Notes under the pieces: model-generated
Told to the model about the DNA's origin: nothing
The model's input: only the letters and a program-made list of their open reading frames with translations
Databases searched by the model: none
Made by a program: the position numbers and the translations under genes
From: Synechocystis sp. PCC 6803 substr. PCC-P
GTDB taxonomy: Bacteria; Cyanobacteriota; Cyanobacteriia; Cyanobacteriales; Microcystaceae
Direction of reading: 5' to 3'
Assembly: GCF_000284455.1 (NCBI RefSeq)
Contig: NC_017039.1
Span: forward strand, 330,001 to 362,000
DNA: 32,000 bases
Shown: in pieces, positions 9,658-19,455 of the stretch
How the letters are laid out: each line of letters starts with the position of its first letter
How positions within the stretch are numbered: position 1 is the stretch's first letter

Positions 9658-9692
9658 TTTAGCCTGAGTTGCCCCATACTGCCCCAGGCTAA
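9658..9692 (-). terminator. Long-stem hairpin between metK and apcD, possible terminator/attenuator
   Basis: 9-bp perfect inverted repeat TTTAGCCTG (9658-9666) / CAGGCTAAA (9684-9692) in the metK 3' intergenic region. No strong U-tract seen. Confidence 0.45.
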
Positions 9693-9736
9693 ATACCCTC
9701 TCATCCTGAGGCAGTGTACTTTTTCCTGCTGCTTCC

Positions 9737-10999
9737 CTAGACGGCCACGGCCTGGGGGCTAGAAGCAAAAGCTGCTTTCAACACATCCACTTTGTCGGTG
9801 TATTCCCAGGGCAAATCCAGGTCATTGCGACCAAAATGGCCATAGGCGGCCACATCTTGATAAAATCTCCCCCCCCGTTCGGCGGGCAAATTCCGCAAAT
9901 TGAGGGATTGGATGATACCGGCTGGGCGCAGTTCAAAGTTTGCCAATACGACTTCCAGCAGTTTTTCTTCATCTACCTTACCGGTGCCAAAGGTATCGAT
10001 TAAAACGCTGACTGGGCGAGCAACCCCAATGGCGTAGCTGACCTGTACTTCGCATTTATCTGCTAAACCGGCAGCAACAATGTTTTTGGCCACATAGCGG
10101 GCGGCATAGGCCGCAGACCGGTCTACCTTGGTGGGATCCTTACCGGAAAAGGCACCACCGCCATGGCGGGAATAACCACCGTAGGTGTCCACAATAATTT
10201 TCCGTCCCGTTAAACCAGCATCCCCTTGGGGACCCCCCACAACAAATTTGCCAGTGGGATTAACAATAAAGCGGGTTTTATCAGTGGGCTTGAGGGCAAT
10301 GTCGCTGAAGCAATGACCCACCACTACGTCCCAAAGATCGGCTTTAATTTTGGCTTGGACTGCATCGTTGTCGGTGATATCGCCAATGTGCTCGTCGTGC
10401 TGAGTGGAAATGAGGATGGTATCAATGGCTACGGGTGAGCCATCTTCGTACAGGATGGAAACTTGGGTTTTACCGTCGGGGCGAAGATAAGCCAATTGGC
10501 CAGATTTACGTACTTCCGATAGGCGCAGGGCAATGCGGTGGGCCAAACTAATGGGTAGGGGCATCAATTCTGGGGTTTCGTTGCAAGCATAGCCAAACAT
10601 TAGGCCCTGATCGCCCGCACCGATTTTGTCTAACTCGTCGTCGCTGAGGGCATGGCGCTGTTCTTGGGCGGCGGTTACACCTTGGGAAATGTCGGGGGAC
10701 TGTTCGTCGATCGCCAGCATGACGGCACAACTGTTAGCGGAGTAGCCATTATCGGCGTTGGTGTAGCCAATTTCAGCAATTTTCTGGCGGATCAATTCGA
10801 CAAAATTAATGTGGGCTTGGGAAGTAATTTCCCCCGTCACTAGGGTCAAGCCTGTGTTGACTACGGTTTCCGCCGCTACTCGACTGTTGGGGTCCAGGGT
10901 TAGGAGGGCATCAAGGATGGTATCGGAAATCTGGTCACACACCTTATCAGGATGGCCTTCTGTCACCGACTCGGAAGTAAATAAATAGCGCTTAGACAA
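9737..10999 (-). CDS. metK: S-adenosylmethionine synthetase; the ORF runs to 11038, but the likely TTG start at 10997-10999 gives (M)[14 protein letters not shown]
   Basis: [84 protein letters not shown] are diagnostic. Confidence 0.96.
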   Translation of the reverse strand: MSKRYLFTSESVTEGHPDKVCDQISDTILDALLTLDPNSRVAAETVVNTGLTLVTGEITSQAHINFVELIRQKIAEIGYTNADNGYSANSCAVMLAIDEQSPDISQGVTAAQEQRHALSDDELDKIGAGDQGLMFGYACNETPELMPLPISLAHRIALRLSEVRKSGQLAYLRPDGKTQVSILYEDGSPVAIDTILISTQHDEHIGDITDNDAVQAKIKADLWDVVVGHCFSDIALKPTDKTRFIVNPTGKFVVGGPQGDAGLTGRKIIVDTYGGYSRHGGGAFSGKDPTKVDRSAAYAARYVAKNIVAAGLADKCEVQVSYAIGVARPVSVLIDTFGTGKVDEEKLLEVVLANFELRPAGIIQSLNLRNLPAERGGRFYQDVAAYGHFGRNDLDLPWEYTDKVDVLKAAFASSPQAVAV

Positions 11000-11134
11000 A
11001 GTCTTCAGTCCTCGTACACGATAAAGGCTATTGGGCAAACAAGACCTTCAACAAAGCTTGTTAAGTTAAATTAACATTTCATCATACAGGTTATTTTCCC
11101 TGGTACGGGAACGGAAAGGGCTAAAATTTGTTCC

Positions 11135-12139
11135 CTATGCTACCAATACCCCTGGGAATTTTTGGGCTTGGAGGGCTGTTTGTAATAGCTCCGGCCCTGC
11201 AGAAGCCAATAGAGTGGAATCACTCAGGGTACGACGCCAAAATTTAGCCCTGGGTTGACCATTGAACAAACTCAATAAATGCCTGGTAATTTGATTAAGG
11301 CGATCGCCGTGACGTAAACGCTCTTCCACATAGGGCAACATACGTTCAATAATTTCCGCTCGGCTGGGGACTAAATTGGTTTTGTGGTAAATGTCCCGGT
11401 CTACGGTGGCGAAAAGGTAGGGATTTTCGTAGGCGGCTCGGCCCACCATCACTGCATCCACATGGCTAAGATGCTGTTGAATTTGCTCAGTTTGGGTGAT
11501 ACCGCCATTAATTTCGATCAATAACTGGGGAAAATCCTTTTTTAATTGATAAACATCTTCGTAACGTAGGGGAGGAATGGTTCGGTTTTCCTTGGGACTA
11601 AGCCCCTGGAGCCAGGCTTTACGGGCATGGACAGTGAATCTTTGACAGCCAGCGTTTGCCACGATTTCGACAAAATGCACTAAATCTTCATAACTGTCCC
11701 GATGATCAATGCCAATGCGATGTTTAACGGTGACGGGAATTTCCACGGCCTTTTGCATTGCACTCACACATTGGGCTACCAAATCCGGTTGAGCCATTAA
11801 ACAAGCCCCAAAATTGCCGCTCTGCACCCGATCGCTGGGACAGCCCACATTCAAGTTAATTTCGTCATATCCCCAATCCTGGCCAATGCGGGCACATTCC
11901 GCTAGGAGTTGGGGATCATCGCCCCCCAATTGCAACGCTACGGGTTTTTCCTCCGGGCTAAAATTTAATAACCTCTGGCGATCGCCGTGGAGGATGGCCT
12001 GGGCCGTAATCATTTCTGTGTACAACAGGGTGTGGCGGGTTAACTGCCGTAGAAAATAGCGAAAATGGCGATCAGTATGGTCCATCATTGGGGCCACACT
12101 GAGGGGATTAATAGAAGAATCAGCGAAAATTTTTGTCAT
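11135..12139 (-). CDS. dusA: tRNA-dihydrouridine synthase, DusA-type
   Basis: 334 aa. LSVAPMMDHTDRHFRYFLRQL, EKPVALQLGG, YDEINLNVGCPSDRVQSGNFGACLM, VTVKHRIGID, INGGI, AVMVGRAAYENPYLF. Confidence 0.93.
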   Translation of the reverse strand: MTKIFADSSINPLSVAPMMDHTDRHFRYFLRQLTRHTLLYTEMITAQAILHGDRQRLLNFSPEEKPVALQLGGDDPQLLAECARIGQDWGYDEINLNVGCPSDRVQSGNFGACLMAQPDLVAQCVSAMQKAVEIPVTVKHRIGIDHRDSYEDLVHFVEIVANAGCQRFTVHARKAWLQGLSPKENRTIPPLRYEDVYQLKKDFPQLLIEINGGITQTEQIQQHLSHVDAVMVGRAAYENPYLFATVDRDIYHKTNLVPSRAEIIERMLPYVEERLRHGDRLNQITRHLLSLFNGQPRAKFWRRTLSDSTLLASAGPELLQTALQAQKFPGVLVA

Positions 12140-12150
12140 CAGGACAATAT

Positions 12151-12771
12151 TTACGTTAAATCAGTCTCCATGCCAACTTCATCCACCAATGCCGGCAGAT
12201 TCAGGGTGGCATAAATTTCCGCCAAAGGAATGGCTAAATTAAGCGCCTCAATGTCGGCGATCGCCTCTAGACCCTCATAGGACTTCAGCAACCAAAAATC
12301 CTGGGGAGTCCGCTGAAAACACTCCACCAAATACTGCTGGGCGTTGACCAAAATATACGCCCATAAACTGGGCAGGGTGCGGTAATCCTGAAACTTTTTG
12401 CCCCGGTCAAAGCCTTCTGTGGATTCCGACAAAACCTCAATAATCACCCTGGGAAAATTAACAAATGCCTGGCTCGGAGCATCTCTTTCGTCACAAGTTA
12501 CCAACAGGTCAGGATAATAAAACCGTCTTCCTTCCTTTAGTTTCACCTTCAAATCAGCAAAGTAGACACGACAGCCAGAATTTTGGAGGCGACTACGAAG
12601 GGCCATGTAAAAATTGCCACTGATGATGTTGTGAATTCCACCAGTGCCGGCCATGGCGTAAATCTGGCCATCGATGTATTCATGCTTAACGTCACTGCGG
12701 CTTTCCAGCTCTAAGTAATCGTCGGGGGAAAAGTATCCATTGGAGGAGAGCGCAACCATCTGCCTTGCCAA
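12151..12771 (-). CDS. Uma2-family (DUF820) putative PD-(D/E)XK endonuclease
   Basis: 206 aa. [29 protein letters not shown]...[19 protein letters not shown]...[48 protein letters not shown]. Confidence 0.9.
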
Positions 12772-13025
12772 ATTTGTCTAATTGATTGCCTTCATTCTAT
12801 GGCCCCACACCATTGCGTTAAATATCTTTACGATCGCCATTGGCTAGCCATGGGAAGCTAAAATACAGGCCGGATAACCCCATTTACCCTTTCCCAAAGC
12901 CAGAGTACCCTAGGGGAGAGCGAGTAAATTGCAGGCCGAAAATCCGAGAGAATCGGTAAAATGGCAAAGTCAGCATTTTCGCTTGTAAACCCAACATTAC
13001 CTACAAACTTCAACAAAAAACACCT

Positions 13026-13559
13026 GTGGCCGATAAAAGAAGACCCCAACGCGACTTACCTCAAATTAACGAAAGAATACGTTTCCCAGAAATACGAGTC
13101 ATTGACAGTGACGGTGCCCAATTGGGGATCATTACCCCCAATGAAGCCATGGAAATCGCCGACGAGCGGGGGCTCGACCTTGTGTTAGTGAGTGAGACCG
13201 CCGATCCGCCGGTGTGCCGCATCATGGACTATGGCAAATATAAATTTGAGCAGGAGAAAAAAGCCCGGGAGGCCAAGAAAAAACAACATACCGCCGACGT
13301 TAAGGAAGTAAAAATGCGGTACAAAATCGATGAACACGACTATCAAGTGCGCATCAATCAGGCCAAACGCTTCCTCAAAGCTGGGGATAAAGTCAAGGCA
13401 ACGGTGAACTTCCGGGGGCGGGAAATTCAGCACGCCCACCTAGCGAAGGAATTACTGGACCGCATGGCAACGGACCTGGCCACCGAAGCCGATATCCAGC
13501 AGGCTCCCAAACGGGAAGGACGCAATATGATGATGTTCCTTTCCCCCAAAAAGGTTTAG
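13026..13559 (+). CDS. infC: Translation initiation factor IF-3 (GTG start)
   Basis: 177 aa. [66 protein letters not shown] is canonical IF-3. Confidence 0.97.
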   Translation: MADKRRPQRDLPQINERIRFPEIRVIDSDGAQLGIITPNEAMEIADERGLDLVLVSETADPPVCRIMDYGKYKFEQEKKAREAKKKQHTADVKEVKMRYKIDEHDYQVRINQAKRFLKAGDKVKATVNFRGREIQHAHLAKELLDRMATDLATEADIQQAPKREGRNMMMFLSPKKV

Positions 13560-13704
13560 ACCTATACAAACGATGAACCTACGCCGTTGAATGGTTCTTA
13601 AAAAGTTTTGTGAATCCCCTGAGAAGGTGTTTGGAAAGTTTTATTCTGCCCCCTAAATCTCCTCACTAAAGCTCCGGCAATACTAGAGGACTTTCAGTCA
13701 GTTT

Positions 13705-13729
13705 CCCCCTAAATTTGGGGGTCAGGGGG
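13705..13729 (+). terminator. GC-rich hairpin in the infC 3' intergenic region, possible terminator or repeat remnant
   Basis: CCCCCTAAATTTGGGGG, then TCAGGGGGGCTTTT. Alternative pairings CCCCC/GGGGG or CCCCCT/AGGGGG followed by a short T-run. Confidence 0.4.
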
Positions 13730-13862
13730 GCTTTTAAAGCATGTTCTGAGACGATCTGAGGGGATTTTTCTTTTGGCTGTTACAACGGGGTCAATGTTGC
13801 CGGAGGGCCGCACAAGTTTTCGGCCCCTGTCCTAGAATGGGGAAATTAGCAGAGCCCCACTG

Positions 13863-14720
13863 GTGGAGGAAACGGTCTTGGACGAACTGCGCTCAGCGTT
13901 AGAGTTGGCGACGGAGGATGAACTGACCCAACTAACGCAAATTCTCTTTTGTAGAAAATTTAATCCTTTGGATTATCTGCAAACCCCCCTTCCGGTGGAG
14001 GTACAAAGCTTGGATCGTCCCCTCTGGGAAAGTTCCCTCGAGGAAAGATTCCGCTATTTAGCCGCCGATGGCCTAACGGTTTTACGGGGCAAGGCCAAGC
14101 AATTTAGCTACCGGGACACCCTCATTCGGGTTTGTCAATTCCTCAAAGTGCCCTACGCCCAACAGATGACTACCCTGGATTTGGAAACGGATATTTTTCT
14201 CCACTTGGTCAACCAAGCTTGGCAAAAATTGCCCCCGGCGGAGCAGAATAATTTGACTCGTAAAATCCAACAGTCCCTGATTAATTCTCCTTTGCCGGAA
14301 CCTCTGCCCCTGCAAATTCAACACAATCCCGTCAATGTCATCCTCAAGGGAGGTGGGGCGATCGCCGTTAGTTCGGTGCTCAGACCCCTACTGTTGGGGC
14401 GCATCTTACAGCAAGTGACGGTACACATTGCCCAATATCAAGTGGCCAAATCGTTGCTGATGAAGGGGGGACTAAATGTCGCCAGTCAGTTACAAAATCA
14501 GTTAGCCCTCCAAACCGCTAAACAGGGGGTGCTGATGGGAACGGCTCGTTACGGGGCAGTGCGGACAATTTTTTCGGTGTTGGGACCGGCTCTGTGGGGA
14601 TTATTCCTAGCGGATCTGGGCTGGCGAGCGATCGCCACTAACTATGGGCGTATTATTCCGGTGATTTTTACCCTGGCCCAAATCCGTTTAACGAGGGAAA
14701 CCTGTTGGCAACTGGCCTAG
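13863..14720 (+). CDS. YaaW-like protein
   Basis: 285 aa. EATEDELTQLTQILF...RYLAADGLTVLRGKAKQFSYRDTLIRVCQFLKV...TLDLETDIFLHLVNQAWQKLPPAEQNNL pattern resembles E. coli YaaW (remembered similarity, not searched). Confidence 0.65.
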   Translation: MEETVLDELRSALELATEDELTQLTQILFCRKFNPLDYLQTPLPVEVQSLDRPLWESSLEERFRYLAADGLTVLRGKAKQFSYRDTLIRVCQFLKVPYAQQMTTLDLETDIFLHLVNQAWQKLPPAEQNNLTRKIQQSLINSPLPEPLPLQIQHNPVNVILKGGGAIAVSSVLRPLLLGRILQQVTVHIAQYQVAKSLLMKGGLNVASQLQNQLALQTAKQGVLMGTARYGAVRTIFSVLGPALWGLFLADLGWRAIATNYGRIIPVIFTLAQIRLTRETCWQLA

Positions 14721-14743
14721 GTTTGGCTAATTAATTCGACCTA

Positions 14744-15298
14744 TTAGGAACGCCGGCGAGATTTAGACTTGCCTTGGCTAGAGTGTTTTTTTTGCTGTGG
14801 CTTTAGCTTTTTTTTGAGCCAACTACCTCCCCAATCGCTCACACTATGGGCCATGGCCCCTGCCTCCAAGCCAACAAAAATTGTTAGCAGTTCCCAACGG
14901 TGTTGCTCCAGCCATTGTCTCGGGATCAACCAGTTAATTCCCTGTAAATTAAGCTTTTGTAACAGTATCAGCACTGTCCCTATGCCTGCTGAAGCCAGTA
15001 GCAGCCAACTGCCTAGATACAATAAACGCAAAATCGTACCAATCAAAAAGCCGTGGGAAAGGGGCGATCGATGGGGAATGAAGTGGCGGTAGGGAAGCCA
15101 GACCCATCTCAGCCAGCCCCACCTTTTATATTGACAGGAATGGATGTCCAGATCCGGGCCAAACATCAACCCGCTAAATCCAAAGGCGATCGCCATTAGC
15201 AGGGTTAGTCGGGCACTACCAGTGCCAATAAATGTGATGGCCATAACCGCTGGGGTGGCTCCCAGGGTAATGCGGTCATGGATTTTACCGGCGGGCAT
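14744..15298 (-). CDS. DUF2227-like putative metal-binding membrane protein
   Basis: 184 aa. MPAGKIHDRITLGATPAVMAITF...FGPDLDIHSCQYKRWGWLRWVWLPYRHFIPHRSPLSHGFLIGTILRLLYL, with conserved His/Asp positions. Confidence 0.78.
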   Translation of the reverse strand: MPAGKIHDRITLGATPAVMAITFIGTGSARLTLLMAIAFGFSGLMFGPDLDIHSCQYKRWGWLRWVWLPYRHFIPHRSPLSHGFLIGTILRLLYLGSWLLLASAGIGTVLILLQKLNLQGINWLIPRQWLEQHRWELLTIFVGLEAGAMAHSVSDWGGSWLKKKLKPQQKKHSSQGKSKSRRRS

Positions 15299-15397
15299 GG
15301 CAAAGGCAAAAAGGGAATAGGTAACTAGGAAAAAATTTTTTCCGATGGCGATCGAACAAAACGATAACCTATGATATAGTGGTTAAGCACGAGTAAA

Positions 15398-15470
<73 letters not shown>

Positions 15471-15535
15471 TACGTTAAGCCTTTTTTGGACCTGGCCATT
15501 TTTGCCCCGCAAGGTGGGGTTCTGTGCTCCCGATC

Positions 15536-17806
15536 CTAATTGTCTGCCTGGGCAACTTTTTGACGATCGTAGTAACGGTTATTGTAGTAACGACCATAGT
15601 AGTAGCCATAACCGCCGGACGTAGAAGTGATAGCATTGGCCACAATTCCGATAACGTTGAGATCAGCCAACGCCAATTCCCGAAAAGCTTCCTTGATGCT
15701 ATCCTTGCGGGTCTTATTGAGGCGCACCACCACCACCAGACCATCGGTTTGATCTGCAATCAGACGGGAATCCGTTAGACCCAAAATGGGGGGCGTATCG
15801 ATCAAAATTAGGTCGAAAGTCTCTTTCCACTGATTCATTTTGACGACAAAATTTTGGGAAGCAGAAACCAACTGCTCCGGGGTCATGGTGTCATCTTGGA
15901 CTTTGAAGTAGAACAGATTCTTGCCCAAAGGTTCGGGTAAATCCCCATTGTGACCATTAGAGTTGGCCACCAGACTGCCGAGGACGCCATTACCATCGGG
16001 GGTGGTGTTTTCGCCTCCGAAGCCGGTAATTTCAGCTAACTTCAACCAGGACTCCTTTTGAGGAAAATAGCGATCGCCATCCACCAGCAGCACTTTTTGC
16101 CCCAACTTAGCGGCAGCTTGGGCCAGGAAAAAAGCCGTGGTAGATTTTCCATCACCGGACTCAGCCGAGGTAACCACAAAGGAATGGCACTGGCGTTTGC
16201 GCTTGAGGAAAAACAGGTTGGAATAGAGCCTAGCGTAGGACTCTTGCATTGCCTCATTGGGCAGAGGGGAGCCATACTTAATACTGGCTCGCAAATCCTT
16301 TTCCAAGGGAATGTACCCTAGGATGGTGTGGTGCTGACTAGCTCTCAAATCTTCGACACTGTGATAGGCAGGATCTAGCTTATCAACCAATAGGGCCGCG
16401 CCTCCCCCGGCCAAAAGTCCCAGCATGACAGAAAGTAAAATATCCCTGGGCAGGGTATTAATCGGTGTATCGGGTAGGGTAATGGCGGAAACTAAGCGCC
16501 AGGGTACAAAGCTCCTCGCGACCTCCACTTCCAGTGCCTGCCTTGTGGTCACTAATTGGGTTAAACCACTTCTTTGAAGCTCCAATTCCTGTTGGAGACT
16601 GGCAAACTCGCCAGCAATGGTGGTGAAATTTTCCAATTGATTTCTCAGTTCCGCTTCCGACCCAATGATACTTTCCAGTTCAATGTTGAGAATATCTAGC
16701 TCAATGCCCACACTGGCAAGTTCCTGCAAAGCTTCTGCCTTGGGCCCCCCCACGTCTGTGGCAATGAGGACCTGATCCAATTCTCCATTGCTGAGCGTCC
16801 CCTTTTCTTTTTCGGCTTCGGCTCTGATCAACTGCAAAACGTTATCCTTTTCTTCTTGCAACTGCTCCATCTGGGGGCTATTGCCAGTGTAGATGGTGCT
16901 AGCTTCCGCCAATTTGAGGTTGATTTCGTTGAGCCGACTAACTAAGCCTGCATAGACAGGGGATTGTCCCAGGGAGCTCAAGCCAAAGGCACTATTGTTA
17001 TCTATGCCCGTTTTTTGTTCCAGGGCATCTCGTTTGGCGGTTAGTTGTTGGATTTTGATCGACAAATTTTGCCGGAGCACATTAATTTCGTTGAGGCGTG
17101 AGCTGAGATTTTCTGCTGTCTGGCTAGGGTCAAAAAACTTATATTGCTGCTGCAATGCCAACATTTGCGCTTGCAACTCTGCCACCCGGTCTTGGAATTT
17201 GGGCAACTGGTCATTAACAAAGCGGAGTTTTTCACTCTCCTGTCTGGCTTGCTCTCTACGGGTGTAGTCTAAATATTGTTCAGCTAGAGCCTCCAAAACC
17301 GCCTTGACCCTTTCTTGGTCATTGCCCCGGTAGCTGATCTCAACAATGCCTGTGTCCGGCACCACCATCACCGACAGGCTAGCCAGAAAACTACTATAGG
17401 AAATTTGCTCCTCTGGGGGGAGGGCGTCATAAATTTGGCTCCAGACCGGCTCCAATAGAATATTACTTTGTAGAATTTCCGACTGGGTGTTCAAATATTC
17501 TTTGCCCCGGGGAAGGCTGCCCAGCAGTCCCGAACCTTGGAGTTGGGCCAGGGGATTAACCGTTTCATTCTCGGGGGGGGAAACCAGTAATTGGAAACTA
17601 GATTGAAAAACCGGCGGCTTATCAAGTTGCCGCTTGAGGTTCAAGCCTCCCACCGCTAGGGCCACCAGGACAACAATCCACCATCTCCTCCTCAATACAC
17701 CTGTCAGGTTACCAAGGGAAAAAGAGTCCACTTCTTCAGCACCGTATGCTCCAACTAGCGGAGGGGGGGGGCTACCTTGGGGCAATTCTGGGTAACTGTA
17801 GGTCAT
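15536..17806 (-). CDS. Wzc/CpsCD-like polysaccharide co-polymerase with bacterial tyrosine kinase (BY-kinase) domain
   Basis: 756 aa. N-terminal Wzz-type RRRWWIVVLVALAVGGL, long coiled coil, Walker A TSAESGDGKSTTAFFLAQAAAKLGQKVLLVDGD, Walker B-like DLILIDTPPIL, and C-terminal Tyr cluster GGYGYYYGRYYNNRYYDRQ. Confidence 0.94.
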   Translation of the reverse strand: MTYSYPELPQGSPPPPLVGAYGAEEVDSFSLGNLTGVLRRRWWIVVLVALAVGGLNLKRQLDKPPVFQSSFQLLVSPPENETVNPLAQLQGSGLLGSLPRGKEYLNTQSEILQSNILLEPVWSQIYDALPPEEQISYSSFLASLSVMVVPDTGIVEISYRGNDQERVKAVLEALAEQYLDYTRREQARQESEKLRFVNDQLPKFQDRVAELQAQMLALQQQYKFFDPSQTAENLSSRLNEINVLRQNLSIKIQQLTAKRDALEQKTGIDNNSAFGLSSLGQSPVYAGLVSRLNEINLKLAEASTIYTGNSPQMEQLQEEKDNVLQLIRAEAEKEKGTLSNGELDQVLIATDVGGPKAEALQELASVGIELDILNIELESIIGSEAELRNQLENFTTIAGEFASLQQELELQRSGLTQLVTTRQALEVEVARSFVPWRLVSAITLPDTPINTLPRDILLSVMLGLLAGGGAALLVDKLDPAYHSVEDLRASQHHTILGYIPLEKDLRASIKYGSPLPNEAMQESYARLYSNLFFLKRKRQCHSFVVTSAESGDGKSTTAFFLAQAAAKLGQKVLLVDGDRYFPQKESWLKLAEITGFGGENTTPDGNGVLGSLVANSNGHNGDLPEPLGKNLFYFKVQDDTMTPEQLVSASQNFVVKMNQWKETFDLILIDTPPILGLTDSRLIADQTDGLVVVVRLNKTRKDSIKEAFRELALADLNVIGIVANAITSTSGGYGYYYGRYYNNRYYDRQKVAQADN

Positions 17807-18184
17807 TATCTTGGGGGGAATGGTTATTGGGCAAGGATGCTTGGGGAATTAGCCATGGTTTAGCACCTAGTGTGTGGAAGCAGTTTTATTTACTTGGGTC
17901 AATATTACCGTTATTTTCGGTGACTGTGCACTGTCAATACTAGCCTGGATCTACTGGGAAGGACTCCCACCGGGTTGTTCTAGTTCCTCGGACTACAGCA
18001 GGGCCGGAGGACAAAAAACCGAGTCAGAATCGGCGATCGCCATTGGCCAAAAGATTTAGCACCGATGATGATGATCATCTGTGGCCGGGTGGAGGGATGG
18101 AGAGTTTGAATTGTTATGACCATAATTGTCTTAGGTCAGTGTGATGCTAACGCAGAACCCCTGTCTCCATAAATTTGAACCTTC

Positions 18185-18217
18185 ACACTTAAGTATTGTT
18201 TGCAACACTTAAGTATT
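18185..18217. repeat. Two perfect 13-nt direct repeats ACACTTAAGTATT, 20 bp period
   Basis: Copies at 18185-18197 and 18205-18217, in the intergenic region upstream of both flanking genes. Confidence 0.85.
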
Positions 18218-18219
18218 AA

Positions 18220-18259
18220 CCAGGTAAGATTGATAACAAATTTTTCCTTGTTTACCTGG
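18220..18259. promoter_or_regulatory. Inverted repeat CCAGGTAA...TTACCTGG
   Basis: 8-bp arms at 18220-18227 and 18252-18259, immediately next to the ACACTTAAGTATT direct repeats. Regulatory role is inferred only. Confidence 0.4.
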
Positions 18260-18700
18260 ACAAAAATGGGTCAATAAATTAGATTTGTCTGTAACCGAAT
18301 TCGCTTGATCACGGACTCATATCCTGGAATAAAAACCAGTTCAGACTGAATAACTTTTTTGTTTTCCACAGCGGGAGAAGTTCTTAGTATAAGCTCTCGG
18401 CAGGAGTGAATGTTTTTTTCTTATAAAAACAATTGAATTTTCGTTTTTCCACCCTAGCCGGAGCCTCGACGGTCCCACAGATCTCGGTTTCGTCTGCCGT
18501 ATTCTTAGACCAAGCTAAGAACGTATGCAGGATTCCTGTGGCCAAAAATAGGAAATGTAACCGGTGAAAAGCCAATAGTTTGCTCCCATTTGCGGTCCAG
18601 GGGAGAACGGCGACATAAATGCCCGGCAGGATTTCTGCCCACTTGGGGCAAGCCATTATGATGGAAGCCGGCCCTTCTCCATCATCATTCGGAGGACAAT

Positions 18701-19429
18701 ATGTCAGCAATAACGGCCCAGGAACTGGAATCACAAATGCCGGATGCCACTATGCTTTTGAGTGATGAACCGGAGATGGAAAGTTCAGTGCATTATTTGC
18801 AACTGCTCTTGCTAGTTACTAGTCTGGAGTGGGCCTGGCGTCAGAGGGATGATTTTTTTATTGGTGCCAACCTAACCATCTACTTCAGTCGACAACAACT
18901 CAAACACCGTGATTTTCGAGGCCCTGATTTTTTCCTGGTCAAGAATACCACCAGACACCCCCGCAATTCCTGGGTCGTGTGGGAGGAAGACGGGCGCTAC
19001 CCCGACTTGATCATTGAGCTACTTTTCGAGTCCACTGCCAAAGTGGATAGAACCACCAAGCTGGACCTTTATGCCACTAGGTTCCACACCCCTGAGTATT
19101 TTTATTTTTCCCCTGAAACTTTGGAATTTGCCGGTTTTAGGTTAAATTTCAACCAATACTCTCCCGTAATTCCCAATGAGCAAGGATGGCTATGGAGTGA
19201 GGCGCTGGGATTTTTTCTTGGCATCCACCAGGGTCAGTTGCGCTATTTTTCCGTGGAGGGAATTTTAGTACCTACCCCTGAGGAGGCGGCCCAACAGGAA
19301 ATATTGAGGCCTGACCAGGCCATGGCAAAGGTAGAGCAGGAGGCTCAACGGGCGGACCAAGAAAAATTCAGGGCCGATCGCCTGGCGGCCAAGCTGAGGG
19401 AGTTGGGATTGGATCCCGATGATGTTTAG
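18701..19429 (+). CDS. Uma2-family putative endonuclease (paralog of 27748-28608)
   Basis: 242 aa. MSAITAQELESQMPDATMLLSDEPEMESS...NLTIYFSRQQLKHRDFRGPDFFLVKN...WVVWEEDGRYPDLIIELLFEST; short coiled-coil tail. Confidence 0.9.
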   Translation: MSAITAQELESQMPDATMLLSDEPEMESSVHYLQLLLLVTSLEWAWRQRDDFFIGANLTIYFSRQQLKHRDFRGPDFFLVKNTTRHPRNSWVVWEEDGRYPDLIIELLFESTAKVDRTTKLDLYATRFHTPEYFYFSPETLEFAGFRLNFNQYSPVIPNEQGWLWSEALGFFLGIHQGQLRYFSVEGILVPTPEEAAQQEILRPDQAMAKVEQEAQRADQEKFRADRLAAKLRELGLDPDDV

Positions 19430-19455
19430 CCATGGGCCTTTGGGCGTAGCAAAAA

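Noticed and set aside
12772-13025. Possible structured leader upstream of infC
   Set aside because: No clear conserved leader or unusual AUU start; the gene appears to use GTG, and I could not support a regulatory RNA.
17874-18059. Short plus ORF MEAVLFTWVNITVIFG...
   Set aside because: 61 aa, no family resemblance, partly built from a HIP1 site. Insufficient evidence.
18384-18734. Minus-strand ORF of 116 aa in the long intergenic region
   Set aside because: Overlaps the Uma2 start, atypical composition, no recognisable motif. Kept only as a possible non-coding or UTR region.
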